From Opitutales bacterium (lineage in GTDB: Bacteria; Verrucomicrobiota; Verrucomicrobiia; Opitutales; PNEW01): 64,000 nucleotides of DNA. The stretch spans positions 928,001 to 992,000 of the forward strand of contig CBDANS010000007.1 of the NCBI GenBank assembly GCA_965197745.1, given 5' to 3'. Under the pieces are notes generated by a model. The model was not told where the DNA came from, did not search any database, and saw only the letters and a program-made list of their open reading frames with translations. The position numbers and the translations under genes are program-made. Positions 1 to 10,997 of the stretch are shown here, piece by piece (position 1 is the first letter of the stretch; each line of letters starts with the position of its first letter).

Positions 1-104
1 CATTTTATATAAGTCAAAGGTCGAAGGTCCAAGGGCAAAAGTCGATGTAAAGAATAGCCACATAATTAAATGAGGAATAATGAATGTAGATTGAATAATG
101 GATA

Positions 105-368
105 AACCGCGGATAACGCGGATGGGTACGGATGTTGAATTAGATCAGGTGAAACTCGGTGCTTGATCGCTATGTCATCCATCCAGAAAATACGGGATGG
201 ATTGACATTACGCTTAGCTATTGCTGAGCCATTGAGATTAAGCACCGTGTTTCACCTGTTAGTGGCTCCATGGCATGCTTTTAAAATCTTTGTAAATTCT
301 TATCTCCAACCTAAAACCTTACACGTGCTCTAGCGCTCATCCGCGTACATCAGTGTTATCCGCGGTTC
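105..368. repeat. Nested inverted-repeat element (REP/MITE-like)
   Basis: Outer arms aaccgcggataac..ggatg (~105-133) and catcc..gttatccgcggtt (~338-368). Inner arms caggtgaaactcggtgct (146-163) and agcaccgtgtttcacctg (241-258). Central tgtcatccatcc/ggatggattgaca hairpin. Confidence 0.6.
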
Positions 369-477
369 CGTCTTTCCGCCCTTCCTGTTAATATCTTTCT
401 TTATTTTCTCTGCATCTTGGCGGTTCAATCTTTTATTCCTGAATCTGTAATTTGTTACTCTGATTTGGTATTAGCGA

Positions 478-3354
478 TTATAAATCAATCCGTACTTCTT
501 TTAATTTAGGAGAACCACAACCATAAGGGGAAACGAATGTTGCCTTGTATTGTATCCATCGGGCTTTTTTCGGAAAGCTTCGAATAGTTTCACTGGAATT
601 TTCATAATAAGACTCTTCGCCGTCCGGTCCCATCCAAACTGCACTATTGAGTCCCTTTTCTGTTTCGCTTCCTCGAAGTTGAAATTTTATTTTCAATAGA
701 TCCGTTTCATCGGCATCCCAATGAATTCTGCGAGCTTTCCGTTTTCCCAATTGGTAGGGTGGGGAAAAGTAATTTTCTTCAGGCTTTCTCGTAAAAGCGT
801 TACCATGATCGTAGGGATACATGCCGTGGGGCCCCAACCCGGGTAAACCTGTCGGCTCTGTCGTAAAGAACCCATCCGGGCTATTCCAGTAAATATACGA
901 ATCCACCTGGTGCCCAACATCACTCCGGTGTGCGGCCCACACGATATCGATCCAGCCATCTCTATTGAGATCCATTGGCATCACATCAGCGGAGCCATGT
1001 GCGGAAAAATTAACAGGATTTTCAAAATCAAGTTTATTACCGTCACCCCAGAATAATTGTGCGTCAGAAACACGTGAAGTAGGCGTTCCGTAAGCAGTGA
1101 CCAGGAGATCAAGGTTTCCGTCATTATTTAAATCCGCCACTCCCGTCTTATTGGCGCTGTAAGCACCGAAATATTCCTGGACATTTTCTGGGTCATAACC
1201 ATCGGGACTGCCGAAGAAAACGCGGATCGTGCCTTTATAGCGCAGACGATGACCTTGAATACCAATTATCATATCAAGCCAGCCATCCTTGTTCATATCA
1301 GCAAAATTTATGGTTCCGGAGTCACCAATTCCATAACAAGGGACTTTCCAGGTGTGACTGTTTGAATAACCATTGGTACCGCCCAGATAGATTAAAATAT
1401 AATCACGTTTATCATGTAACGCTATATCAATATACCCATCGTTATTAACATCCCCAATTTTGCTGCGGTATCCAAAGTTTTTTAAGCGATCGATGCGCTC
1501 ATTTGAATACCCACCGGCTGAGCCATAATAAATGATCGACGATTGCTTGGGATCATCCGTCAATCTTACCACCGCGGTTGTCACGAAAAGGTCGAGATAG
1601 CCATCCCTGTTGAAATCGGTGATATCGATATCAAAATGAGTATGCCCGGTGTCGATATCGATAAATTTATCCGGATTTGGGCCTTTGGGGGTGCTAGTGT
1701 AAATACGAATAAACCCTTCAGGGTCATTATATTCGAGATCTTTATCGAACACTAAATCCGGATAACCATCCAGATCCAGATCAGCTACGAGCGATCTATT
1801 TGATTGATCATTATGGAACACCAGTCGATTTCCCACGCCATAGTCTGCATCGGCGTTACCTAAATAAATGTAGGAGGGCACAGAGTAGACATGACCATTC
1901 ATGTAATTATTGAAGATCACTTCCTGTTTACCATCCCCATCGAGGTCGCCAACGGTGTTACCCACCACCCCGATAGTCGAAACCCAGCTGGCCCGTTCAA
2001 TAGAATAACCGTCGGGTCCATTCCAAAGAATCGGTGACTTGATTTCATAATCATTGTCATCATATTGTTTACTGACAATCAGCTCGGGGAGGCTGTCACC
2101 GTCGAGATCAGCTGCGGTCACCCAACGCCCGTTCTTCACCTCTATAAGAGCTTTTACCGTTTCTACATTGTCTCCAGAGCGAATTTCCACGCCCTCAGCC
2201 GTGGCGACAATGAGGTCGAGTATGCCATCCGCATCTACATCGGATACATCGATACGAACAGCTTCGGTGGTAAATGTCGTGCTCAACCCCTTTGCTTTAA
2301 ATATCAGGGGGTTATCACGATTAAATTTCCCCTCATTATTCCAATAGATGCGTACTTCGCCACCGCCACTGAATATAATGTCTTTGCCCCCGTCACTGTT
2401 CAGATCTTCCAGCATGACCTGGCGCGCTCCATGGGTTGGCAGGTAAAAAGGTTTTTCGGTATTTACACCCACATCTGTCCCCCAGAATATTTTCGAATCG
2501 GTGTCTAAATAGCCACGCGCGCCACTTCGATAATTGGCCAATACAATTTCCAGGTAACCATCATTGTTTAAATCGCCTGTCGCAATCCCGGTGGCTCCTG
2601 TAGAAATGATGCCATAACGCGCTCCCTCATCGAGAAAGCTGCGGTCCTCTCCCTGGATATAGACGTGAATAGGCCGGGGTATCGACGGATTGTGGGCATC
2701 TACCCACGCCGAAGGGTAAAGAAGATCGAGACGCCCATCGTGGTTAATATCCATGGCCACAACATCATGAGCCCCAATCGTCGGAAGATCCGTTCGACTT
2801 TCTTCCATTCCGCCAGGACCACTCCAATAAATAAATGAAGGCAGTTCGGAGGTGACGCCGTTATTGGCGTTTACCGTCACTAAGTCGTTATAACCATCTC
2901 CGTCTACATCGATCACCCGGCTCATCCACCCACTGTCCGCTGACATTTCATGCCGTTCCCAATTCTCTCCGGGACTTTTTTCGGAGGTATACGCCCAGGT
3001 TGGACCCCGCTCCACATGATCGTGCGAGTTGGCGAGAATGATGTCGACATAGCCATCATGGTTAACATCGAAATGATTTATTATTTCAATCACCCCTTTG
3101 GCATTCACATAAAGATTGTTACCGGCATTTTCGAAACGGCCTCGGGAAAAATCTTCGAATCCGCCGTGCACCCAGGACTTCTTTCCGATTAGAGAGAGTG
3201 GGTTGGCAATAATGAACAATGCCATTAAAATTCCAAGTGTAACGCGTATAGATTTTAGTCTCTTTGTATTATACATGACCGGTACGATTGCGGATTTGCA
3301 ATTGCCGAATGCGGATTGAAGAAGAGATAGCCACAAGAGATAAAAAAGAGACAA
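478..3354 (-). CDS. Secreted FG-GAP/VCBS repeat protein (true start probably ATG at 3276)
   Basis: Many DxNxDGxxD repeats; hydrophobic signal-like segment after MYNTKRLK; paralog of 13294..16155. Confidence 0.85.
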   Translation of the reverse strand: MSLFYLLWLSLLQSAFGNCKSAIVPVMYNTKRLKSIRVTLGILMALFIIANPLSLIGKKSWVHGGFEDFSRGRFENAGNNLYVNAKGVIEIINHFDVNHDGYVDIILANSHDHVERGPTWAYTSEKSPGENWERHEMSADSGWMSRVIDVDGDGYNDLVTVNANNGVTSELPSFIYWSGPGGMEESRTDLPTIGAHDVVAMDINHDGRLDLLYPSAWVDAHNPSIPRPIHVYIQGEDRSFLDEGARYGIISTGATGIATGDLNNDGYLEIVLANYRSGARGYLDTDSKIFWGTDVGVNTEKPFYLPTHGARQVMLEDLNSDGGKDIIFSGGGEVRIYWNNEGKFNRDNPLIFKAKGLSTTFTTEAVRIDVSDVDADGILDLIVATAEGVEIRSGDNVETVKALIEVKNGRWVTAADLDGDSLPELIVSKQYDDNDYEIKSPILWNGPDGYSIERASWVSTIGVVGNTVGDLDGDGKQEVIFNNYMNGHVYSVPSYIYLGNADADYGVGNRLVFHNDQSNRSLVADLDLDGYPDLVFDKDLEYNDPEGFIRIYTSTPKGPNPDKFIDIDTGHTHFDIDITDFNRDGYLDLFVTTAVVRLTDDPKQSSIIYYGSAGGYSNERIDRLKNFGYRSKIGDVNNDGYIDIALHDKRDYILIYLGGTNGYSNSHTWKVPCYGIGDSGTINFADMNKDGWLDMIIGIQGHRLRYKGTIRVFFGSPDGYDPENVQEYFGAYSANKTGVADLNNDGNLDLLVTAYGTPTSRVSDAQLFWGDGNKLDFENPVNFSAHGSADVMPMDLNRDGWIDIVWAAHRSDVGHQVDSYIYWNSPDGFFTTEPTGLPGLGPHGMYPYDHGNAFTRKPEENYFSPPYQLGKRKARRIHWDADETDLLKIKFQLRGSETEKGLNSAVWMGPDGEESYYENSSETIRSFPKKARWIQYKATFVSPYGCGSPKLKEVRIDL

Positions 3355-3410
3355 GAAGGAAGAGAGGAAGGGTGGATGATTGGATGGACGAAATAATTAT
3401 CATAAAACAA
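3328..3410 (+). repeat. Dispersed intergenic repeat, inverted copy at ~60843..60947
   Basis: agccacaagagat..aaagagacaagaaggaag..ggtggatg..ttggatggacgaa.taattatcataa.acaa matches the reverse complement of 60843..60947. Confidence 0.7.
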
Positions 3411-3646
3411 CAGAGCTTCGTCTTCTTCCAGCTATCTTCTTTTGTCATTGCGTGGAGCAGCGCGGTCGGTTTTCACCTCCCTCGCAATGACAATTTTATA
3501 AAAACTCTTTTTGTGTATCTTGTGCTTTTGGAATATCTAGCTTCGCTCGGTAGTGGCTAACTCTTTCTTGTGCCTTTTGTGCTTTTGTGAGATGTCGTCC
3601 CGCAAAAGCGGGACTCGGTAGTGGCTATTCCTAATCGGCAATGACC

Positions 3647-5872
3647 TCATTCAATCGTCAGTTCTTCAATGGCGATCGTGACCTCTTCGCCATCTTCGTT
3701 GGCGAAGGTGGCATCAATGCTCAGCGTGGGCTGAGGGGTGTTGTCGGACTTGAAGTTGTTCTGGGTGATCAGGGTCTCAAACCCGGTGGTTGTTGAACCA
3801 CTCTCCGCGACGACAACCGCAGCGCTATTCGTCTGCAAGAGGTCGCCACCGGTGATCCGCAACCCGGGGTTGCCCGCAGGTACCGTGAAGGATCCTTCTC
3901 CGAACAGAAGGTGTGGCACCGCGTCCCCATCGGCATCGATGTCACCCACCGTTAAGCGTACCGCGATCGGCACTCCTCGCGCATCCACGCCTACTCTTCC
4001 GGTGCTTCCACTGAACACGGTGTTCGACAGTTGCACCCCACCAAGTCCCGTCGAATTGACTACTTCCACGAGGGTCACGTCCGCTTGAGCGTCATAGACC
4101 TGTCCTTCGGGGAAGAGGGCCTGGTTAAAGGCGTTGATCCTGCCCACGGTGAAGATACTGAAGAAGGTATTGGCGTCCGCACCGTCGATGACCACGCTCG
4201 GCTTGCCCGTCACGTACTCTACGGACTGGTTGTAGCGTGGGGGAATGGCCGGGGGGAGGAAGGTGGCTGGATCCAGGGTTACGGTAAAGGTCCCGTTGCC
4301 TGAAAATTCAACTTGCACAATGTCCTCGTTTTCGTCCATGAAGGAAACGCGGGTGATCTGTCCCGGTTTGGCCTGGAGTTGAACAGACTCTCCGGTGAGT
4401 AAAATCTGGTCGAAGACATTACCGTTGGCATGCTGAATGTTTTCCCCGGCGATATCGCCTGAGCCGTCGAGAACGAGCGGCACGGAGGGCGCTGCCACGG
4501 TTATCACCGCAGTTTCACTGTCATCACTGCCGCTGGCGTTGGTTACCTGTGCCCAGTAGTTCGTGCTCGTGGTGAGTGCACCGGTAGTTAAGGTGCTGCC
4601 GGTGGCGCCGGAGACGGGTGCTGCGGTGTCACCGCTGTTGCCGGTATACCATTGGTAGGTGAGATCATCACCGCTGGCCGCTACGGTCAGGACTACCGCC
4701 GTTCCAGACTGCACCTCCTGGCTCGCGGGCTGGGTCGTGATGGATGGCCCTGTTGCGGGAGGCGGTTCACCCCCACCGCCATCTTCAAAACCGGGGGCCC
4801 CAATAGGGGTAAACCCGAAGTTGTCGATCGCCGTCGAGCTGAACAATGGATTTATAAGAACATCATCGAGTAATAGAATTGTGCCAATACCACCAGGAGC
4901 TCCTAATTCGTTAGCATCAAAAGTAAAGTGTGGAAGTCCAGATCCTGGGAGTATATTTGATCCCAGGTTATTTTCCGTTAAGAGTAAATTATCTTCAGTA
5001 TCATATACCTCAATAGTCCCATCACCTGCGCCGCTGATTGTTCGCACGACGGTTGCCGCAAAAAATTGCACCCGCGCGGCTGGTGTTTCAAAAGTGATCG
5101 TTCCGGTTTTCCCATTCACAACCCTCCAGTGACTGCGAGCTGTGCGGAATTGAAATTGTAAGTCGTCTTCGCTTTCCTGGGATACATCTCCGCCTGAAAA
5201 GGTGGCGGAAAAAGGCGATGTTCCAACCGTAATATCTTCACTGGTAGGTTGGAATTCTGAAAAAAAGGTAAATACCGTGTTATTGGAAGGACCATCAATG
5301 AGTGTGTACCCTACATCGTCGATGGATAATTTTCCGGTAACATTGAAGAACTTAAGTTCGTTCATGCCGTCATTATAGTTGAGATCAGTTAAATCCTGGA
5401 AATCTCCACTGAAGGCGACTATTCTTTGCAGCGGGGGATTGGAATCAGGGTTGATGCTGTTTGGGAAGCCGGTAAAACTTCCCTGCTGACTCAAATTAAA
5501 TACTTCTTGTCCTGTGCCCGATGTTTGACGTTGTCGAACCTCTAACTTACCCCCTCCCGCGTTTTCAGCCACGTAGAATTCGATTTCAGCAATCCCTTTT
5601 CTCGTAAAGATTTTTCCCTCCTGGCCGGGGCCCAGGGTTATTGCTTTCGTTCCTGAATGTAAAAGCGATGGATCCTCCAATGTTTCCACGGTAAACCCGA
5701 TAAATTGAATATCATTGGGTGGATCACCGAGTAAAAAGTCTACCGAACCTTCAGCGTTTTCAAAATCTAAAAAATTTTCCTGGTCTTGCGGAAGAGCTTG
5801 TAGAAGCAGAGGAAAGGACAGTGAAATTAACAATACGGATACAATACCTTTTAAGTGCATTTTGGCCCCCAA
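3647..5872 (-). CDS. Secreted protein with immunoglobulin-like domain
   Basis: Signal peptide; PSITTQPAS..LTVAASG..TYQWY..YWAQVTN Ig motif after a G/P linker. Confidence 0.8.
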   Translation of the reverse strand: MGAKMHLKGIVSVLLISLSFPLLLQALPQDQENFLDFENAEGSVDFLLGDPPNDIQFIGFTVETLEDPSLLHSGTKAITLGPGQEGKIFTRKGIAEIEFYVAENAGGGKLEVRQRQTSGTGQEVFNLSQQGSFTGFPNSINPDSNPPLQRIVAFSGDFQDLTDLNYNDGMNELKFFNVTGKLSIDDVGYTLIDGPSNNTVFTFFSEFQPTSEDITVGTSPFSATFSGGDVSQESEDDLQFQFRTARSHWRVVNGKTGTITFETPAARVQFFAATVVRTISGAGDGTIEVYDTEDNLLLTENNLGSNILPGSGLPHFTFDANELGAPGGIGTILLLDDVLINPLFSSTAIDNFGFTPIGAPGFEDGGGGEPPPATGPSITTQPASQEVQSGTAVVLTVAASGDDLTYQWYTGNSGDTAAPVSGATGSTLTTGALTTSTNYWAQVTNASGSDDSETAVITVAAPSVPLVLDGSGDIAGENIQHANGNVFDQILLTGESVQLQAKPGQITRVSFMDENEDIVQVEFSGNGTFTVTLDPATFLPPAIPPRYNQSVEYVTGKPSVVIDGADANTFFSIFTVGRINAFNQALFPEGQVYDAQADVTLVEVVNSTGLGGVQLSNTVFSGSTGRVGVDARGVPIAVRLTVGDIDADGDAVPHLLFGEGSFTVPAGNPGLRITGGDLLQTNSAAVVVAESGSTTTGFETLITQNNFKSDNTPQPTLSIDATFANEDGEEVTIAIEELTIE

Positions 5873-6046
5873 TTTGATTTAAACTTAAATTCTGATTTAT
5901 AAGACTGCTGTGATTAGACATGTAATTGTTAAATATCCAGTTTTCAACAGTTTAATTAGTTTTCAGTAAATTTATGACTTAAATTCCAAATGTTTGAAAA
6001 TGAGCTATTCGCTTTTATTGACGGTCTCAGGGTTTAATCAATGAAT

Positions 6047-6120
6047 TGAGTCATAAGTGCTTAATTATTAATATAAAGCGTTGTTTAATAATAGGTTGTT
6101 GTGGGGTGAACTTCCAACTA
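6047..6120 (-). other. Degenerate att-like remnant related to the tRNA(CAT) 3' end plus flanking arm
   Basis: cataagtgcttaattattaatataaag resembles 13149-13175; tgaacttccaacta matches tRNA tgaactcccgacca at 11/14. Confidence 0.45.
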
Positions 6121-6181
6121 ACAGTGATGGAAGTGAGGGTTTTTAAAAATGGCTTAAGAGAACAATAAATTTAAAGTAATT

Positions 6182-7297
6182 CTACCACGTTCTTGAATCC
6201 GGTACGTCAATCCAGGTGCACCCGTTGCTGATAGACTCCTGGCTGCACAGGCCAGGCAGGGTCATATCCATGGCTTCATGTATGCCTATGGGGCAGGCAA
6301 TCTTACCCTCTATGGACTCCACAAAATCGATTATCTCAAAATAGTCACCGCCGCCATGGCCTGCTTTGGCAGCTTTTTCCGACCCTTGCTTCCAGTATTC
6401 CGGAAGAAATTCCTCGGCCAAATCATCCAAATTCATCCAGCTGTTCGCGTCAGAGCAGCGCTCCCGAAGCCAGATGCGATTCACTTCACCCTTAGCGCGC
6501 GCGGACTCATAAACTCCTTCTGTCCCCTGTAACTGGTGATTGTTCATCGCGTGCGGCCGGTCGGAAAGCATGTCGACGCGTATCTTTACTAATCCACCGC
6601 TGCGCATCTTGCAGAGCATGAGACAAGAGTCCTGGTTTTCATATTCATCGCCACGGGGATCACGGTAGTGATGGCCCGATCCAGCGCAACAGACAGACTC
6701 GACTCTATCGCCCTGCATCCATTGGAGGATAGGGCCAAGGGAGTGGGTGCCGTAAGTAACACCGTCAATCCCCGTCTGCCACTTTCTTCGCCAGGTTGTT
6801 TTTTCACTCAACTCCTTAAGTTCGTGAATATACTCCCCTTCGGCGTAGTAGGGCGTGCCGAACAAGCCGGCTTTTATCAGTGAACGCACTATTACATTAG
6901 CGCGCGCATAGGTATAGTTTTCAGCCATCATGTAGACGCGCTCAGAGCTTTGACAGGTCTGCGTCAAGAGGCGGCACTCCTCGATCGAAACTCCGGCTGT
7001 CACCTCACAAAGGACATGGAGTCCCTTTTCCAATGCGGCAATACTCTGGGGAACATGAAAATGCATGGGCGAGCCAATGATCACCGCATCGAGCTCAGAC
7101 TCAGTGAGCATTTCTTCATATTGAGAATATTGCTCGGTTGCTCCGAGTCGCTCAGCTGCGGAGGGGAGTTCCTCGGTGTTGATGTCGCACACGGCGTGAA
7201 TACGGACGTTGTCGAGGGAGTCGCAAGCCTGTTTGAAACTTGCCCCTCTACCACAAGCTCCGCTTATGCCAATATTCAATTTTGTCAGTACGCTCAT
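6182..7297 (-). CDS. Gfo/Idh/MocA family oxidoreductase
   Basis: N-terminal Rossmann fold, HVLCEV motif, YMMAENY, GHGGGD. Confidence 0.9.
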   Translation of the reverse strand: MSVLTKLNIGISGACGRGASFKQACDSLDNVRIHAVCDINTEELPSAAERLGATEQYSQYEEMLTESELDAVIIGSPMHFHVPQSIAALEKGLHVLCEVTAGVSIEECRLLTQTCQSSERVYMMAENYTYARANVIVRSLIKAGLFGTPYYAEGEYIHELKELSEKTTWRRKWQTGIDGVTYGTHSLGPILQWMQGDRVESVCCAGSGHHYRDPRGDEYENQDSCLMLCKMRSGGLVKIRVDMLSDRPHAMNNHQLQGTEGVYESARAKGEVNRIWLRERCSDANSWMNLDDLAEEFLPEYWKQGSEKAAKAGHGGGDYFEIIDFVESIEGKIACPIGIHEAMDMTLPGLCSQESISNGCTWIDVPDSRTW

Positions 7298-7385
7298 GTA
7301 ATTATCTCTCTATCGAAGATGAAAATGATACAAGACTGGAATAAGCGGAGTAACTGTAATGAAGAATATCCATCGACGGGTTCCG

Positions 7386-8309
7386 TTATCTATTTTGTAA
7401 GGATTCTAAGACTCGGGCGCGCGCGAACGCCGGTTTCCAACCGTCACCGTGGTCTCCGAGTGCCCAACATCCGGACAAGACGCTGTGAGAAAGACACCAT
7501 TTGGCAATGATCCTTCGATCAACTGCGAGTGCCTCGGCTAACTGGTCGATTCGTCGAGCGAGGAACTGTTTTTGATCTAATTCAGTAGGCTGCCGTGGAG
7601 GTTCGCACACAAATACGGCAGCATCGTACAAAGGGTCGCCGACTACCCCTTTCGGATCAATGGTCAGCCAGGAATCACGTTCAGAACGGAGGATGTTTTG
7701 CGGATGAAAATCGCCGTGGATGAGTGTCTGCTCCTTAAGTGGGTCCAGAATTTCCGCGAACAGGTTTTGCGCGGTATCGATCATGTCGCAGGGAAGGGGA
7801 CCATAGTCTTGTCCGAAATGGGCTTGAACTTTGCTGAATGTACTTTTGACCCAATCGCTCACCAATGTAAAATGGTGATCTGTTGGTGCCGGTGCGCACA
7901 GCTTATGCATAACTGACACCGCGCTGCTTGTGATTTCATCGTCATCGTCGATGTCTGAGAGAAATGTTCCGGGCTGCAGTCGTTCGAGAAGCATCACACC
8001 CAAATCGGTATCCGCAGCAAGCAGTCGGGAGCTGCCATTTCCGTCAAATTCTCGAAGGGCTTCGATCTCGCTTGTCAGTTCTTCGCTCGGCACGCCTGAC
8101 TTCAGCACTACGGGCATCCCCTCTGCTGTCGTAGCCGGTGTTACATAGTTGTAATTCAGCTCCTTAAAGGGTGGTAGAAATTCCAATGACCATTTGTCCG
8201 CGCACGCCGAGATCGTTCCGCTCAGCTGATCGAGCCAGTCCCTGCCAACCTCACCGTGAACATCGATGATATTATCGGCCCACGCCCCGGTTGTGATCAC
8301 TGTCTTCAT
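7386..8309 (-). CDS. Aminoglycoside/hydroxyurea phosphotransferase (APH(6)-like kinase)
   Basis: LLERLQPG, HGDFHPQNIL and IDPKG motifs. Confidence 0.85.
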   Translation of the reverse strand: MKTVITTGAWADNIIDVHGEVGRDWLDQLSGTISACADKWSLEFLPPFKELNYNYVTPATTAEGMPVVLKSGVPSEELTSEIEALREFDGNGSSRLLAADTDLGVMLLERLQPGTFLSDIDDDDEITSSAVSVMHKLCAPAPTDHHFTLVSDWVKSTFSKVQAHFGQDYGPLPCDMIDTAQNLFAEILDPLKEQTLIHGDFHPQNILRSERDSWLTIDPKGVVGDPLYDAAVFVCEPPRQPTELDQKQFLARRIDQLAEALAVDRRIIAKWCLSHSVLSGCWALGDHGDGWKPAFARARVLESLQNR

Positions 8310-8322
8310 TGCTTCCTTAAAA

Positions 8323-9069
8323 TTAAATTATTGCGCTACGCAAATCCAAAGCTAAGTCGATCCGATCCGTGCTCAATTGATCGACTTGCAAATCAAAGGC
8401 TTTTTTCAGCTCAACTTCAGTATTACAGTCAGCCGCGTGTATCATAACTTGGGCGTCACGCAGCTGAGTCACGATCTCTTCTATGACCCTATCTGTCGGC
8501 AAATGGGCGACTGAAAATTCTCCAACTCTGAGAGTCTCTATGGTATTTCTACACCCTTGTGAAACATTATTCAAATTGGGAAAGGTATGTACAAAGAGGC
8601 CGCGACGGGTGTTTGGATCGAACTCTCGCAAACGCATTAAAAGGGGGACATGCGGAGACGTGAATTCCACGCGGGAGAGCAGGTCAGCGTCCTTGACAAT
8701 GGATAGGACCTTCTCGAGAAACTTCATGCTCAGCCCTTTCAGCTCGATCTCATATTCGATCCGTGGTCCAAACTCAGAAAGAACCTCTGACAGTAGTGGT
8801 ATCCTGGTCCCCGCGAATTCCTTCGAAAACCATGACCCTGCATCCAGCATTGAAAGCTCGTCCCAAGTGGCTTCGTGAATCGGCCCATTACCGTTGTTGG
8901 TCCTACCCAATGTGTAATCATGGTGCACCACGATTTCACCATCAGAAGACTCGTGAACGTCCAATTCTATTCGTTCAGCTCCTCGCTCTACCGCGGCTTG
9001 AAAAGACGGCAATGTATTTTCAGGATACTTTTCTCGAAATCCTCTATGGCCTGTAATCCTGGTTTTCAT
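8323..9069 (-). CDS. Glycerophosphodiester phosphodiesterase
   Basis: GHRG..PENT, ELDV, HD..L.RT motifs. Confidence 0.9.
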   Translation of the reverse strand: MKTRITGHRGFREKYPENTLPSFQAAVERGAERIELDVHESSDGEIVVHHDYTLGRTNNGNGPIHEATWDELSMLDAGSWFSKEFAGTRIPLLSEVLSEFGPRIEYEIELKGLSMKFLEKVLSIVKDADLLSRVEFTSPHVPLLMRLREFDPNTRRGLFVHTFPNLNNVSQGCRNTIETLRVGEFSVAHLPTDRVIEEIVTQLRDAQVMIHAADCNTEVELKKAFDLQVDQLSTDRIDLALDLRSAII

Positions 9070-9643
9070 TGTTACTCTTTATTCCTGCTTAATAACCAAG
9101 CATGCCTGCATAATGGACCGTAGTGGAATGATGTCAGGTGGGGCGCTTTGTCAGGCTTTCGTAATTCATAATCCATAATCTAATTATTACCCCATGGGTA
9201 ATCATAAACAATTTAATAATTATAATTGGAAGTAATTGAAAGGGGTCAGGCTCTTTCTGGTTAGCGGACGGCGATCAGAGACAAAGCGTTCCTGTCGGGC
9301 TTTGCCGAGGCAAGTCGTATGGGTTCATCCATTGGGGTACATCATCACCGGTTTGGTATCGTAGTCGGGGAAGGAGCATCGAGCCACGGTTTGCTTGATC
9401 AGACCTCGTATCTCGTACCAGTTATACGGAGACAGGTAAAACCGATTTAACCATACAATAACGAAGGAAAATATTGCCAAATCGTTATTAAAAGCAGAAA
9501 ATTGAACCCGTGAGTTCACAAGGTATTATTTTAAGCAATTATAAATGTTCATATAGCAAATCTCAGTTTGTATTTTTGTGCATCTTGTGGCCCTCTAAGT
9601 CTCGGTTATAAGTTGATGAAGAATCCTATTAACACATATAACA

Positions 9644-10501
9644 ATGATTAAGAAAACTTCCATTCTCTCCGAACCCGAAATCGAACATTTTAAAGTATTC
9701 GGTTTCATCTTACGGCGAAAAGTTTTCACCCCGGATGAAGTTCGATTAATTAATGAAGAGTTCGATAAGGGAAAAGCGTTTGCACTGTATGAGCGCGATG
9801 ACTCAGCATTTAATATCCGAGGGCAAATGAACTGGTCAAATCTGGGACCGGAATCACCTTTTCTCGCCAGTTTGTTTGAAGATGAGCGTATTTGCGGAGT
9901 GGCGGAGCAACTCTTGGGGGATGATGTCATTGGAGTTTCTTCTAACTGCAATGCTTTTGCCGGTGACCGCACCGAGTGGCATCCAGATGATGACAATCCT
10001 AATTATTATGGAGCCAAGTTTCTTATTTATCCTCAGTTTCTTAATGAAAACAGTGGAGCGTTGCGGGTAATTCCCGGATCAAACCATACGGCTTATTCGG
10101 TTGAACTGCATCGCATGGGTCTAGTTGGATCACCTCATTCAGGAGAGAGTTCTTATCTTAGTAAATCAGGGCTCGAGATTAAAGATATCCCCTGTTACGT
10201 GTGCAGAACAGAACCCGGTGATGTGATTATCTTTGACTATAAAATCTGGCATTCCACTTGGGGTGGTTCGAAGGATCGGCGAATGATCAGCTATAATTTT
10301 TCCAAAAATCCCAAGACACCTGAAGAAGAGAAATTGATGAGTGAAATGGTTGAGGTGGATCGTCAGATCAGAGAGAGCTTAAGGTCTCCGGGGCTACAAT
10401 ATTACCCAGAATGGGTTGCCAATCCGGAAGGAAATAAAAGGCGTGAACGCTGGATAAAATGGCTGCGCGAGAAAGGGGCATTCAAGGCACCGCAAAACTG
10501 A
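9644..10501 (+). CDS. Phytanoyl-CoA dioxygenase (PhyH) family protein
   Basis: WHPD, GALRVIPGS, PGDVIIF..WH motifs. Confidence 0.85.
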   Translation: MIKKTSILSEPEIEHFKVFGFILRRKVFTPDEVRLINEEFDKGKAFALYERDDSAFNIRGQMNWSNLGPESPFLASLFEDERICGVAEQLLGDDVIGVSSNCNAFAGDRTEWHPDDDNPNYYGAKFLIYPQFLNENSGALRVIPGSNHTAYSVELHRMGLVGSPHSGESSYLSKSGLEIKDIPCYVCRTEPGDVIIFDYKIWHSTWGGSKDRRMISYNFSKNPKTPEEEKLMSEMVEVDRQIRESLRSPGLQYYPEWVANPEGNKRRERWIKWLREKGAFKAPQN

Positions 10502-10598
10502 CTATTTAAATAGCACAAGCTTCAGTGTCGGAGTTATTCGCGATTAAGCGTTCCCCACAAAAAACTCCTTCTTAATAAATATTTCCTGATATAACTGT

Positions 10599-10740
10599 TG
10601 ATCGGTCCACGTTATTCGTACCACTTTTTAAGTGAGAGAGTTACCAGGTGTTAATGGTTTTAGGATTGAAGTGTATGAGAGATCTTGACGAAGTGAGGGC
10701 GTAGCCCGAACGCGGCCAAGATTTGAAAGTAATCTGACAA
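10599..10740 (-). mobile_element. IS3-family (type A) right-end remnant
   Basis: Near-identical to 37724-37865 and 51814-51955. Confidence 0.8.
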
Positions 10741-10879
10741 TGAGAACCTGGAACATCCAGAGATCTTATATCAACAAAAGATCGCTCCTTCTTCTCGTTA
10801 GATAATTGGCCTTGGATAACTTCATCCTCATAGTCGATTTTTATCTGCTCATTCATTTTTGTATCCAATTATCACTATG

Positions 10880-10997
10880 AGATAGATTAATCGTCTAAAA
10901 ATTCTCGAATCATCGTCATTAACCGCTGCCATTAATTCTGCCACTGACACGCCCAGTGCTTTGCACAGGATAAAGATCGTCTGTAGCTCGGGTCCGA
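10880..10997 (-). pseudogene. C-terminal fragment of an XRE-family HTH regulator
   Basis: Minus strand reads GPELQTIFILCKALGVSVAELMAAV; no N-terminus. Confidence 0.5.

Noticed and set aside
7386..8309. Bona fide streptomycin resistance gene strB
   Set aside because: Only family-level motifs; the substrate cannot be assigned from sequence.
9100..9520. Possible gene remnant or ncRNA
   Set aside because: No interpretable ORF or structure beyond a short ggggtcaggct motif also seen at ~51019.
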